From assembly GCA_002269645.1 (NCBI GenBank), contig NIVC01003690.1, positions 1 through 29,652 of the forward strand: a stretch of 29,652 nucleotides of DNA. Direction: 5' to 3'. Both the position numbers and the translations under genes were made by a program. The notes below the pieces were generated by a model. That model was not told the origin of the DNA, made no database searches, and was given only the letters and a program-made list of their open reading frames with translations. Shown here piece by piece: positions 10,660 to 22,687 of the stretch (position 1 is the stretch's first letter; each line of letters begins with the position of its first letter). This stretch comes from Macrostomum lignano (Eukaryota).

Positions 10660-11607
10660 CATCGGATGCAGAAGGCTGCGAAATGGTTCAAATGGCGATT
10701 CTGTTGGAGCGGCAATGCCTCGACTCTTAATTGTTGTGTTTAAAGTGTTGATAAATGCTGGGATCTTAACCGTCTCCATTGGTGTCATCAGTATAGTGGC
10801 AAGATGTGAACCTTTAGATTTCAAAGAACCATTGACACTGCGGTTGCATGTTAATAATTATACTTCTTCCTTTGTCCTACTCATTCCCCCAATTGCATCA
10901 AAGACGATTTTTATTTGTAATCGACATTTTAGTCATTATAGTGTTGGTCGATTTGCTATGTTTAGCTTTCAGGACAAGTCAGGATAATCTTACGCTTTAA
11001 AAGTGTTTTCAAACATTCAACGCAAAACCTCGTGTTGACAAGAATTATTGAAATTCCAACCCTTAAAATATAAAAACCAATGAAAAATGGTGGGGTGTGG
11101 GGGACAAAGCATTGGCATGTCCCCCCATAGCTTTTACTGGACGGGAAATGTCCCCTGCTGTCCCCCCTCGGTGGCGACGCGGCTGCCAATATAGTAGCAA
11201 TAATCTGTCAAGCATCTGCAAATGGGTCCTATATAGCTATAAGATCGAAGTCTGCAGCTAGAGACAAGCTAAAATTAAAGCAGCAAAAAATCGAAAGGGT
11301 AGATAGAATCAAATCAGCTAAGCTATTAATACTAAGCTCAATCCGCCGCCATCCTCCCCATGCTAACTCGCTCACCAACCACAGCTCTCTCGAAATCGGG
11401 TTTCGAGACGAAGCTATACCATACGGGCCGGCTGAACCAATTGCTGCCAAACCAGCCTGCACTTTCACTTGCTGTCAATAAATCTCGAAGTCATAATAGC
11501 CGATAAAAGGTTCACTTCAATTTGGAAACTGCATCGCATAATTGTTTATTCAGGAACAGAGAGAGGAATTTTTGCATGGGGGTATTAAGGCGCGACTATA
11601 TATGGCC

Positions 11608-11620
11608 TGGGAAATGTAGT
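11608..11620 (-). promoter_or_regulatory. ACTACATTTCCCA, a ZNF143/Staf-THAP11-type promoter motif (ACTAYRNNNCCCR)
   Basis: Plus strand TGGGAAATGTAGT is an exact consensus match, about 1.1 kb upstream of the proposed zinc-finger start codon; function is inferred. Confidence 0.4.
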
Positions 11621-12748
11621 TTGAACAAATTATAAAATTCCTATACTTGTACATACAAATGTATGCAGACTATACTACATATGTATATCTTCTGGCCAAG
11701 AGTATACGACTGGCTTGAATTGAGTTCTGATAGAAATTAATGCATGATTTTATTGCAGGTATTGGTTGATCATCGATCGACTGAGCTCGAATTTTGTTTC
11801 CAGGAAAGGCTGGGTTGCAGTAACAATTAATACAATGTAACTTTTTTCTCGCACAAAATTTACGAAAAATGCCTTAATTGTAAATGTATCTCCAATGCTA
11901 CAATTGGATCATGCATGATGATTATCCATGCATGATGGTGGTGCAGCTGGGCCTACAACAGAACAGTAGGAAGGCCGAAGGGCAGTGAAATCTGCTACAA
12001 GGACTACTAGACTATATATAACGAAGTGTTCCTAGTGGTCCTTGATCTGCTAATAAGAAAATTTTTGCGGAAAATGTCGATTTTTGGCTGTATAAAACCC
12101 AAAAAAAATTTATGTGTAGGTACTGCCTACAATGTAAACTCTGAAGCAATTAAAAGTTGTGCTCTGACCCCGCCTCTCACTAAAACAGAAAAAATCCGTT
12201 TGATTTACTTAACGTTATGTAGAATAACAAGATAGAAATAAAATTAATGTTTTCTGAAAAACAAAAAGATAACACCAGGTTTTATATACTGTCAAAATGG
12301 TATATGTTTTTAAGCAAAGCATGCTAAGAAATCTTTTGGTAGACTGTACAGTTTTTTAAATAATTGTATTTTACCATACTGTACTCACGGGTAGGGATTA
12401 TCTCTGACTACAACATAGACTAAACCAAACAAAGGACGAGAATTCTGTTTCTAGTTAAACTCCATTTTTTGTAGTTTGTGGCTAAGTTTGCTTTATCAGA
12501 GGTAGACAAGCTTATCTTAACTTTTTATCGTTAAGAATAACGTCAACGAGCAAACTCATCAGCAAAAGCAAAATCATATAATTTCTAACTCTAGTCTAGG
12601 CCCTTAGTCCATATATTATTGCTAATTTAAAACTAGGCCATATAAGGCTAGGGACCGAGTTGAGTTGCAAGTCAGGAAATCGCTTTGCTGTAGCCTTCAG
12701 CATAGGCTTTAGGCTTGCTAAACATAATCATTGATAGATAAGTAAGCT

Positions 12749-12925
12749 ATGTTAACGTCTGCTTCTGTAACAAGTTCGTCCCAACTTCATGACTATAAGC
12801 CAAATTCTGCTGAAGCCATTCCTTCACGGGTTATAAAAAGTGAAAAATTGGATTTAGATTCTACAGATCTACACAAAAACGTGAATATCAATACTTCAAA
12901 TGGCGAGCTGTCATTTGATAGTCAT
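12749..12925 (+). CDS. Probable first coding exon of the C2H2 zinc-finger gene
   Basis: ATG with an in-frame TAA two codons upstream; 59 open codons including VIKSE (psiKxE); strong donor CAT/gtaagt in phase 0, matching the phase-0 acceptor at 17914/17915. Confidence 0.5.
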
Positions 12926-13088
12926 GTAAGTTACATTTTTAACTTTACAACTGCATTTTGCTACTTAAGATTTAATCTTAAGCCCCTATAGAACTATATA
13001 TAGCAAATGGCACCTGGTAAAGTTTCTGTTTGATTTAAGAAAAAAAGCATTTATTTTCCATATTAAAACACTACCACTATTCCTTATA

Positions 13089-14387
13089 CGAGGGGGGTTC
13101 AAAAAGTTTTGTCGTTTGGCTATATCACATAATATTTTCATGAAACTTTTTTTGGTTTAGAATAGTCACTTTTATATAGAGTGTATATGACAGATGTTCA
13201 ATCTTCTATCAGTTTTTGAAGTCATTTTTTCAGCAAGAACTCAAGGCACCCCCTGCATTTTCAGCAAAATGGAGAAACAGGAGTATCAAGCTCTCATTAA
13301 ATTTTTTACCTTAAAAGGATTAAAGCCACCAGCAATCAAAGCAGAGATCAAGTCTGTGTACCCCACAACTTGCCCGTCTCTACGCACAATTGAGAGACAC
13401 CATACTGAATTTAAGCGAGGCAGGGTGACCCTCGAAGATGACCCCCGGAGTGGGCGCCCTGCTACCAGCGCCAACCAGGAGAAAGTTGATGCAGTTGCCA
13501 AGCTCCTGGATGAAGATCGGCAAATTCGAGTTGCCAGCATTGCACACACTGTTGGCATCTCAATTGGGTCAGTTGAGGAAATCCTGCACCAAATCCTTGG
13601 GTACAACAAGGTCAGTGCCCGTTGGGTACCCTGAATGCTTTCGCGGGACCACAAGCTTAAACGGGTGAACTCTAGCCGCTTCATGCTTGACCTGTACAAC
13701 GCGGACCCAAATGGATTCAAGCGACGAATCATAACAGGGGATGAGTGCTGGCTACACCACTACGACCCTGAGTCCAAGCGTGACTCCATGGAGTAGCGGC
13801 ACCCAGGAGAAGGTGCACCTCACAAGTTCAAGCAAGTGAAGTCGGCTGACAAGGTCTTGGGCTACTTCTTCTGGGATTGTCAGGGGATGCTGCTTGCTGA
13901 GTACCTGCCAGTGGGGCACACTGTGACAGGTGTATGGTACGCTGAACAGCTGGGCCGACTTCGTCAAGCAGTTGTCAGGAAGAGGCGAGGCAAGTTGAGT
14001 ACTTGCCCCCTGCTGCTTCATGACAACGCCCCTGCTCACACAGCCCAAGTTGCAGTGAATGCTGCCACCACTGCAGGATTCGAAATTCTGCCCCATCCTG
14101 CCTATTCACCAGACCTGGCCCCATCGGATTTCTACTTGTTTCACCAGCTGAAGAAGCCACTCCAAGGGCGCCATTTTGAGTCCAATGAGGAAGTCATCGC
14201 CCTCGTGAACCAGTGGCTGGAGGACCAGACGGCAACCTTCTACACCAGCGGCATCCAAGAGCTGCGTGACCGTTGGCAGAAGTGTATTGATCGCCAAGGA
14301 GATTATGTTGAAAAATAATGTAGCCTTGTCCCAAAAGTTTTTGTTTGAATGTACAAACGACAAAACTTTTTGAACCCCCCCCCCCTG
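13089..14387 (+). mobile_element. Full-length mariner (Tc1/mariner, DD34D), irritans/Himar-Hsmar2-like
   Basis: TA then TIR CGAGGGGGGTTCAAAAAGTTTTGTCGTTTG (13089-13118). Right TIR CAAACGACAAAACTTTTTGAACCCCCC from 14354, with an expanded C-run and altered tip (CCCCCTGATA instead of TCGTA). Confidence 0.95.
13269..14318 (+). pseudogene. Mariner transposase, 349 codons in one frame with two nonsense codons
   Basis: MEKQEY.ALIKF, RSGRP, WVP* (TGA 13632-13634), TGDE.W, ME* (TAG 13794-13796), HDNA, YSPDLAPSD; 34 residues between the second and third Asp. Confidence 0.93.
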
Positions 14388-14749
14388 ATATTATATTAAT
14401 AAAGTACAAAGAAAAATAATATTTTTTTAAATTTCATTTGTCTGTCTTTTTAGTTGCAAAGCCATACTAGGGACTACACTGAGATTTTGAAGGTTATTTT
14501 TTAGTATTTTTCAATTATACTTATTTAACCTCAAAAATATCTTTATTTAACTTTTAAGTCTTTAATTTTTGGTAGCTATGTTTTTTTGATCCCTAGCAAT
14601 TCTCTAATGCCATAGTCTCATAGATATATTAGCCATGCAGCAAAATTTTTTGGCTGCCATGGAAATTGCAAGTGGTATATAACCCTGACTCTGGATGGTA
14701 TACATGTATGCCAGAAAATTCTAGTGTATAGGACCTAGAATATACTATT

Positions 14750-15346
14750 GGTGTCACTTATGGACATTTCCCCTCCGGACATTTCCCCTCTGGCATTTCC
14801 CCTCTGGACACTTCCCTTCGGGGATATTTCCCCTTGGGGACTTTTTTCCTCTAGATATTTCCCCTCCAGATATTTCCCCTTTATCTAGAATGAAATAACA
14901 GTGCCTTCAGACATGTTCAAAGAGAACATAAGTTGCATATATATATATATAAATGTATATAAATATATATATAAATGTAATAATATAGTAATATTATAAT
15001 ATAGTATAAAAATAATAATATACAAAATAATATTATAATAAAACCTATAATAAAACATAATAAAACCATCTACTCTACTCTCACTTTTTACTTACATAAT
15101 TTTTAAAATAAAAGCAATCTAACAGCATAATTACATGGATATGACATACATGCATGCAAAACTTCTTTTTGGCATATTCTTAAGCTCTGTTATTTCATTA
15201 TAGCTGGATGGGAAATGTCTGGAGGGAAAATGGCTAGAGGGGAAATGTCCGGAGTGGAAATGTCTTGAGGGGAAATGTCCGGAGGGGAAATGTCCAGATG
15301 GGAATTGCCAAAGGGAAAATGCCAGAGGGGAAATGTCCGGTAGCCC
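14750..15346. mobile_element. Foldback/MITE-like element: inverted arms of 15-bp GGACATTTCCCCTC(C/T) units around an AT-only core
   Basis: Eight units at 14762-14882 and nine inverted units at about 15206-15340. AATGAAATAACAG (14889-14901) is mirrored by CTGTTATTTCATT (15187-15199). Confidence 0.8.
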
Positions 15347-15594
15347 ATTGGTGTACAACTTGGCATACAGAAAGGCCTAGCATGCCCTCTTGGCATAAAG
15401 TTTAGCATATAAAGATTGCCAAGACAGTAGTAGGTAGGACCAGAATTTCCAAGTCCCAATCAGGACTTTTTGAACTTTAGGTAGATAAAATAGTTGTAGT
15501 TTTAACAGGACCATAATTTTGTCTCTATAGAGGTTTTTGATAGTGTTGATTTCAAATTTGAACTTCATTTTTTTGTACCTTAAAAGCCAACCAC

Positions 15595-15965
15595 TAGGGC
15601 ATAGGGAATGGGAGGTTTTAGGGTTAGGAGAATCTTCATAGGGAATGATTTTATATACCTAAACTTCAATAGAAGCATGGAGATCTATTGAAGATTAGAT
15701 AGATAAATTTGGAGGCTAAGGGAAAAGGGCAAGTCTTGGGATAGGAAATGGAGGTAAAAGGGGGGGGGGGCTGACAAGCACTAAAAACTAGGGCATGGAG
15801 AATAGGGGATTTTAGGATAGGGAGAATCTTCATCAGGATATATTTTATATACCTAAACTTCAATAGAGGCATAGGGGTCTATTGAAGATTAAGTAGATAA
15901 ATTCCAAACCTGAGGGGGGTCTGACAAGGGGGGTGGCTAACAACTACCAACCACCAAGGCATGGG
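15595..15965. repeat. Diverged tandem duplication, about 190-bp unit
   Basis: GGAGAATCTTCAT..ATTTTATATACCTAAACTTCAATAGA.GCAT.G.G.TCTATTGAAGATTA occurs at about 15627-15700 and 15822-15895. Confidence 0.8.
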
Positions 15966-17366
15966 GAATGAGAGTCAGCTGCAGCTGATAGGGCAGGGAA
16001 TATTGGTTTTAATCTGTAATTTTTATTTTGGCATATTTTTGTATGCAATGAAATGTTTGTTGGCATACATTGGCGTACATGAGCTATGGAAGCAATTTTT
16101 GTTCCAGCATAAAGCAGTACACAATCCTGACCCTAGTGTATAACTAAGCAATTATGATTTCTACATAGGCCTTTAAGGCATTGCAACAATAAAAGACCTT
16201 TTTATATTTGCAATAAACTATAGTCTGGATCATGGCAAGCATATATTGGAATGAAAATTCTTATTTTTTCAATTTTATGCATTTTACATGGGTTATATCA
16301 AGGGTCACTAAGTATGCACTATGGCCTAAGAGGCATTGCAACAATAAAGGACTTTTTTGGCACTTTGCATTTGCATTACTCAACAAAATAGCACTGCTAT
16401 GTAGAGCATGCCAAAAACTATAATTGGTTTCTAAAATAGGTCAAATAATGAGAAAGTTAGGGCAATAATTTTTTTGTAAGTCTTTCCAATTTTTTTTCTA
16501 ATTTTTTTCCTATTTATTTTTATAACCAATTTAGCCCAAAATCTAGTTTTTTTAATAAGTATTATTGATATAATTTTTATTTTACTAAATTCTATGGCTT
16601 ATTTTTTTATGCTTTATCCTTTATTTATTTATAGCAACATCTAATTGTAACATTTGCAATCATTCTTCAAAAGTTAATATTAGATCTAAAGTCTATTGAA
16701 AGACTATAAAATGACATGTTTTATCATTTTTGCTATAATAAGTAACTTTATTTCTTCTTTCCTTTTATAATAAGCATAGTTTAACATATTAAAAGTCATT
16801 TCCTAACTAGGGGCAACAAAGCTAACTAGTTAAGAAAGTAATAAAAGTGAGAATATTTTAGTGAGAGGGAATTAAGGATAGGATAACAGGTAGCACATCT
16901 TGAGGAAAGTAAGGGGTGCTTGAGCAGTTGCAAGCATATAGTGCTCAGAAATTACCATGTGCTTCTAGTTGTGGGTATAGCTAGACATTTTCTCACAAGT
17001 TTAATCATTGCAATTTCTTGGCTCCATTTATCTTAGTATATTGCTGAATTAGACTTAATCAGCTAATCTTATACTTTTGCTTATCTTTACAGAGATAAAA
17101 AATACCCTTAAATCCTGTAAATGAAACTGCCAACATCTTTATCAATTTTCATTTTAGCCACTTTTAAATTAGTTATGTAAGTAATTTAAAAAAAATTGAA
17201 CATTTTTTAGTTTAAGTTTAAAGTCAAGTTATAAGTATTGCTTATTCTTTTACAAGTTTGAGTAATACTGTTTGCAAGTTTCAGATCTATTTAAAGTTAA
17301 AAATATTTAGATTAGATAGATCAAAATGAGTTGAATATTATTAGTTAAGCTTACAAAAGCTTTAGA

Positions 17367-17723
17367 GGGCCCATGGCATAGTAGTCTAGTGTGTTGCTGT
17401 GATGTGTCAGCTGCCCAGACTTGATTCAAGTGCAGTCACATTAATTTGTGGCTGAATTGGAATCTTTGCTTGGGTCTGCTTGTGCAATTAGCACCCTTGA
17501 TTGAGGGCTAACCCTAAGGCACAGTGAAGTGTACATGCATAACAGTAAATGAGGTTAGGACCGCTGTACACCTGTGTGTGTGCCTGTGAATATGACTGCA
17601 CACTTGCCTGCTCAGTGGAGTCGGCAGAATGGGCAGTAATGGCTCTCGCCAGTTGTGTGACAATGTGGCTTCAAGTGCTCCAGAGTGCACTGCACACAGC
17701 CGCCCCTTCGCCTCTAATAAAAA
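17367..17723 (+). mobile_element. tRNA-derived SINE, copy A
   Basis: Degenerate A box (17374-17384) and B box (17418-17428); body and tail collinear with copy B (GGAGTC.GC.GAATGGGCAGTAATG.CTCTCGCC.GTTGTGTGACAATGT); ends CTAATAAAA; possible TSD AAGCTTTA (17357-17364 / 17729-17736). Confidence 0.8.
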
Positions 17724-17914
17724 TATTCAAGCTTTAAATCACTTCCCCAATGAAATGTAACCATACATTTTTGTTTTCATGCTCTCAGTTTTAATTTTTT
17801 GTTAATGTTAAAGTTTTAGTTTGCAGTCGTTTTGATTGTTTTGCTTTTTTGTTGCGTTAATAACTTTTTTGACCATTCAACAATCAACAAACGCCTTTTT
17901 TGATCTTAAAACAG

Positions 17915-18983
17915 CACTCATCTGGGGACGACTTCCTTTCGGATCGAAAGTTTCGTCGTAAAAATAGTCGGCCGCAAAAAGTGACAATGATTGCTGACCA
18001 GAACCAGTCAACTCACAATCGGCACAAGCAGTCTAATGATCTTCCCCAGCAAGTTGAGCAGATTGATCATCAGTCTGCTCTGGTTGCAGCGCAGGATGTG
18101 CCAAACGCTGCTGATGCTGATCCCTTTGCATCTCTTGTGATCGATGCTCCCGATCCATTAGCAGTTACTGCTGTTCCCACAGTGGCCGTCCAAGCCAGCA
18201 GCAGTCTTGGCCTGTGCGAGACCTGCGGATCGCCATTGTCCAGAATTAAAAATGGCCGATCTGACGCGTGCGACTTCATTGTTTTGTGCATCGACTGCAC
18301 TTGCAACAGAATTAGCTTGCTGTTGGAGGAAAGTGGCAGTTGCGAACGAGGTGCTCCTGGCGATGCCAAAGCGGACACCAGCGTCGCTAGTGGAAGCGGC
18401 ACTAGCGCTGGCAACGCAGCGTCTGTGTCTTCATCAATTTATGCGTGCCGCTTGTGTCAACCGCCAGTAATGTTTGCCTCGTCAAGACTCTACCTAGAGC
18501 ACTACATGTGTGAGCACGAAAAAGTGACGCTTAAAGTTGAAGCATCCACTCCAGCAGATGATGAGCTAGATGCGGACGCTGCTATCGCCGCTGCAGCGGA
18601 AGCTTATCGTTGCAGCCACTGTGGTCTGGGCTTCCGCTCAGAGGACGATGTTGAGCAGCACGAACGTTTTCATCTTGAATGCGAATTCGATGCCAATCGG
18701 CTCCGATGCTATTACTGCTGCAAAGAGTTTAACGAGTTGGATGCGCTCAATGCTCATCAAAGGGCGCACAGCACGGAGCGGCCACACCAGTGCACAGTGT
18801 GCGACCGCAGCTTCAGCTTCGCCTGCACCCTTCAGCGACATATGCTTGTGCACCAGGCATTTCACAGCACTTACACATGCCACTACTGCGACCAGACATT
18901 TTCTGATGCTGGTCAGCTTGATCGGCACTTTGACGTGTGCGAACGAAATATGGACGATGCGGCTGGATTGTCGCCAACTGACG
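17915..18983 (+). CDS. C2H2 zinc-finger protein, main exon (N-terminal CxxC..CxxC plus five fingers)
   Basis: Acceptor aaaacag/CAC; fingers such as CSHC..HERFH, CYYC..HQRAH, CTVC..HMLVH, linker HSTERPHQC; donor G/gtaaga, phase 1. The alternative start is ATG 17987. Confidence 0.88.
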
Positions 18984-19084
18984 GTAAGAAGTCTTTCAAT
19001 CCAGCTTACAACCTTTCGCCATGATTTGAAACGGTATTGATTTTCCTTCTTACGCTTATATAACCCCTTTACAATCCAGCAAGA

Positions 19085-19429
19085 AAGGCGGCCATAGTTT
19101 AGTGGTCTAGTGCGCGGCGCTCTATGTGCCAGCGGCCCATGCTCGATTCCAAATGCAGTGACATTAATTGGAATCTCTGCTTGGATCTGCTAAAGCCATT
19201 AACGTTCTTAAGGGCCAAGTCAGCCCCCAAGGCACAGTTGAGTGTACATGCCTAACACAGGCAAAAGTGTCCTCTGTGAGTGTGTGCCTGTGCGTATGAC
19301 ACTGCGTACATATCAGCGCGCTTGTGTGCCTGCTCAGGGGAGTCAGCGGAATGGGCAGTAATGCCTCTCGCCGGTTGTGTGACAATGTCGCTTAAAGTGC
19401 ACCAGGGTGCCCTGCCTCTAATAAAAGAC
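19085..19429 (+). mobile_element. tRNA-derived SINE, copy B (intronic)
   Basis: A box TAGTTTAGTGG (19095-19105), B box GCTCGATTCC (19141-19150), tail CTAATAAAA, 9-bp TSD CCAGCAAGA (19076-19084 / 19430-19438). Confidence 0.88.
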
Positions 19430-19488
19430 CCAGCAAGAGGCGGAGATGTGACGACTCGAAAATTTATTCATAGAAATTTGAATTTTAG

Positions 19489-20111
19489 GTTCAAAGCCGG
19501 GTGCTCCTAACCGGTTCCTGCCGTACAGTCATACCTGTTCGACATGTGGCAAATCTTTCCGCCTTGCCTGGCGCTACAAGCTTCACATGCGCGCGGCCTG
19601 CAACACAGCCGATAAGTATAACGCTGACTCTGACCGCACGTGCAGCATCTGCAAGAAAATGTTCGCCAATCCTATGAATCTTCATCGGCACGAGCTCATA
19701 CACGCTGGCATTCGCAACTACCAATGCAAATTGTGCGGCAAGGCGTTTGTACAAAAGACCCAACTCGAAACGCACATGAATATACACAATGGAATTAAAC
19801 CATTCCAGTGCGAGGTTTGCAGCAAAACTTTCACTGATCGATCAACCTTTCACAAGCACAAGAAGATCCACGGTAAGCCAAAGTCATTCCCGTGTACTGT
19901 GTGCGGCAAAGTGTTCAACCAAGCCGGCTACCTGAAATTGCATGCCAAAGTGCATGGAGCAGGTGATGGCGGTGGCACCGATAATGTTACACAGAGACCA
20001 CTTCCTGCGATCCAGTCTACCGAGTTCGCTGTTGCAGCCGCCGCCTCTGCGTCTGGTGCCGCAGCTTCTGTGGCACCCGGCCTCACTTACTGCAACTTGG
20101 ATCAGCTCTAG
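19489..20111 (+). CDS. C2H2 zinc-finger protein, last exon (five fingers)
   Basis: Acceptor aattttag/GT in phase; CSTC..HMRAAC, CSIC..HELIH, CKLC..HMNIH, CEVC..HKKIH, CTVC..HAKVH; stop TAG. Confidence 0.92.
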
Positions 20112-21748
20112 AAAAAGTAGAATCAAATAAGATTTGAGAAAGCACTTGCCTAATTTTTCTTCAATAGATTTCGTTGCAAATTTACAAGTATTGTACGTTT
20201 AGATTATTCTCTTTGAACCCTGCTTTTCAATAAGTTATCTAAACGTTTCAAGGTTTTGTGTTACCGAAAATTTAAAGTATGCCATTTTGTTATTTAGTTG
20301 AAATTCCGTATGTACTATTGTTTTTATTTGTTATTAGCAATTATACGTATATATGTTTTTTATTATTTGCGTTCAGTGTCTTTTTGGTGTTGTACCTTCA
20401 TAGTATCTGACATCTAAAAGAGTCGCTGATTGTGTATTCGAGTGTTGAAACCTGAACAATAAACTTATTATAGTTATACGCTTGTTCTCGTGACTTTAGC
20501 AATGAAATTTTGATGTCCTTATTGTTCTTTATTGAAATTTTAGTAATTTGCTTAAGCTAGTATTTATCATCGCTTATCCTTGTTTAATGCTCTTGGTTAT
20601 AATAAAAACCGTCATTCCCTGCACCAGTACATGTTCCTATTTCGTCAATTCGCCTTATGTGTATTTAGTTAGCTTAATTACTATTTAAGGTTTTAATTTT
20701 TTAATTCTGCCACGAAAATCCTGGATTGTTTTGTGTTGTTTGTAAATTGTAACTAATATAATATATCTATCTGTGCAATTCTCTGGCCTGTTTCTCATCA
20801 ATCCAACCTTTTCACCGTGTTTCTCCGTGTTGCTCTAGTGGGTTACCGCTCGTGGCTTTGATTGTTTTCATAAAGAATTTGAGTTGTTTAAGAGCTTCAG
20901 ATTAGATCAGAAAATAATCAGCAACGCCTTGCAGCAAATCTGACTCATATTTACTCATATCTACTTAAGTAATGTACGTTCTTGCGCAGAGTTCATGCTT
21001 CATAAAATTGATTCGGATCATTCTTGATTACTTTGCTCGTTTTTTGATGTTAAACACTTTCTTGGCTATCGTATACCTTTAAGTACCTTATTAAAGTTGA
21101 TTGATTTATACGCTAATAGATGCAGTTTGGTAAGAAATCAAGTTATAAATCCATATGCTAAAAGTATTTGCTAAGTTTGAGAATGCCAGCAGATTTCCAG
21201 ATTTGCATGATAGCTCGTGTTAGCTAAGTGCATAGGTAAATTTGAAGATCTTTCAAATAGAGAAGTAAAAGTTGCGTAAAATATTTGGAATGTTAGGGAT
21301 TTTCCTGCGATCTGTTCTCCTATTATAGATATGCGGATTTGTCTTTAGAAATTATAGTGTGGTTGTTTGATTTTTCAGGCGTTAATAGTCTTAATATTCT
21401 GTTGACAGCACAGCACCAACATTTCCTATTAATATCCTTTCTGTGTTTTAAATGTGCTTTTCATTGTATCTGCGCAGCGCACACGTTAAAGTTCAATAAA
21501 TTTATTACAATACAGTTGGCTCGCAGCTGTCGCGTCAGTACTGTTACTTTAACTTTTTTAGTTTGAAAAATTTATTTAGGATTGCATAGTTTCTTTGTAC
21601 TAGAAAACTCATTATTTTAACTCTATACTCTGCCCTCCCGTTAACTCGTTACGATAATTAGTTGCTTCTGTGATTTTCAATATAGTTAAAAGCAGGACTA
21701 GGACTTAAGGTTACAACGAGTGTTGATATTAACTTGTAACACTTTAGA

Positions 21749-22013
21749 GGGGGGTTATAGCCTAGTGGTCAGAGCGTGGGACTTACGACTTGAAGGTCAG
21801 GGTTTCGATTCCCGATCCCTCTCAGAAATAATTGTGTCCTTAAGCAAGACACTTAACTCTGCATAAATTCAGTACACCGAGCTGTAAAATGGGTGCAGTC
21901 TTAGCTGGGGTAATTGAGGGTGTGTGGCGACCCCACCCCCAATCCTTGGACTGAACAGCCGTAGCATCTTTGGGACACCCGTTGTTGTTTCTGTACGACC
22001 AGAAGTAAAAAAA
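21749..22013 (+). mobile_element. CORE-SINE (tRNA head, CORE domain, A-rich tail)
   Basis: A box TAGCCTAGTGG (21758-21768), B box GGTTTCGATTCC (21801-21812), CORE-like TTGTGTCCTTAAGCAAGACACTTAAC..CAGTACACCGAGCTGTAAAATGGG (21832-21893). Confidence 0.85.
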
Positions 22014-22687
22014 CCGCTATTCTCGAGCTCCCACCCACCCTCCGGTCACCGAGATTTCTGTCAATAGCTTTAGCTTTAGGTTAAACGATGTACTAAGATA
22101 GTAGTTTAGTAGTTCGCCGAATGTGTATTTTCGGTGAGCATAGACTTGAGAACAGAAATAGACAAGAAGACGGATAAAGTATGAAGATGGATTAAGAGAC
22201 TTTCTGTTAGGATTTATATTTCAAGAATTACAAGAATTAGAAAAAATCAACTTGAGTATGCTGTTTAAGAAAATATAATTTCAGTTAACGGTCAATTGTA
22301 TTAGACAGTTTGAAGATACAAGTACATTCGCTTCGGAACAGGCTCTTTACGATTGGTAAAATATTAAGCACGCACAAGCCTTGTATCGAAAGTCACTTAC
22401 AAGCCAAGGCAACAGACTTGTTTTCCAACTAAAGATAATTATCCTGTCGCTAAGCTAAGAGTAGTATGAATTGTCGCATATTAACGAATACAAAATATCG
22501 CCTATAAATCAATGTAGAGTAAACTATTCAGCAATTATAGTATCCTTGATATATGTTATCAACCTACAGACTACTTTTACTGCATTACCAAATATATTAG
22601 TCATCCTAATGTGATTTGTTCATTTCAGCTGGACCAGCAAAGCATCCGCACACGGGTAGCTAGATCACCTTCCCTTACTGAGCAAGG

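Noticed and set aside
10715-10987. 90-aa ORF after the kinase stop
   Set aside because: Lies in the expected 3' UTR with no recognisable motif
11085-11190. GGGGGACAAA..GTCCCCCC..GGTGGCGACGCGGCTG, resembling a MITE terminus
   Set aside because: No matching opposite end or TSD found, so it cannot be delimited
13286-14409. Antisense and alternative-frame ORFs over the mariner, and similar ones over GC-rich exons elsewhere
   Set aside because: Shadow ORFs of real coding sequence with no independent motifs
21749-21825. tRNA gene candidates (also 17367, 19087 and 23308)
   Set aside because: A/B boxes are present but the cloverleaf is incomplete and each continues into a SINE body and tail
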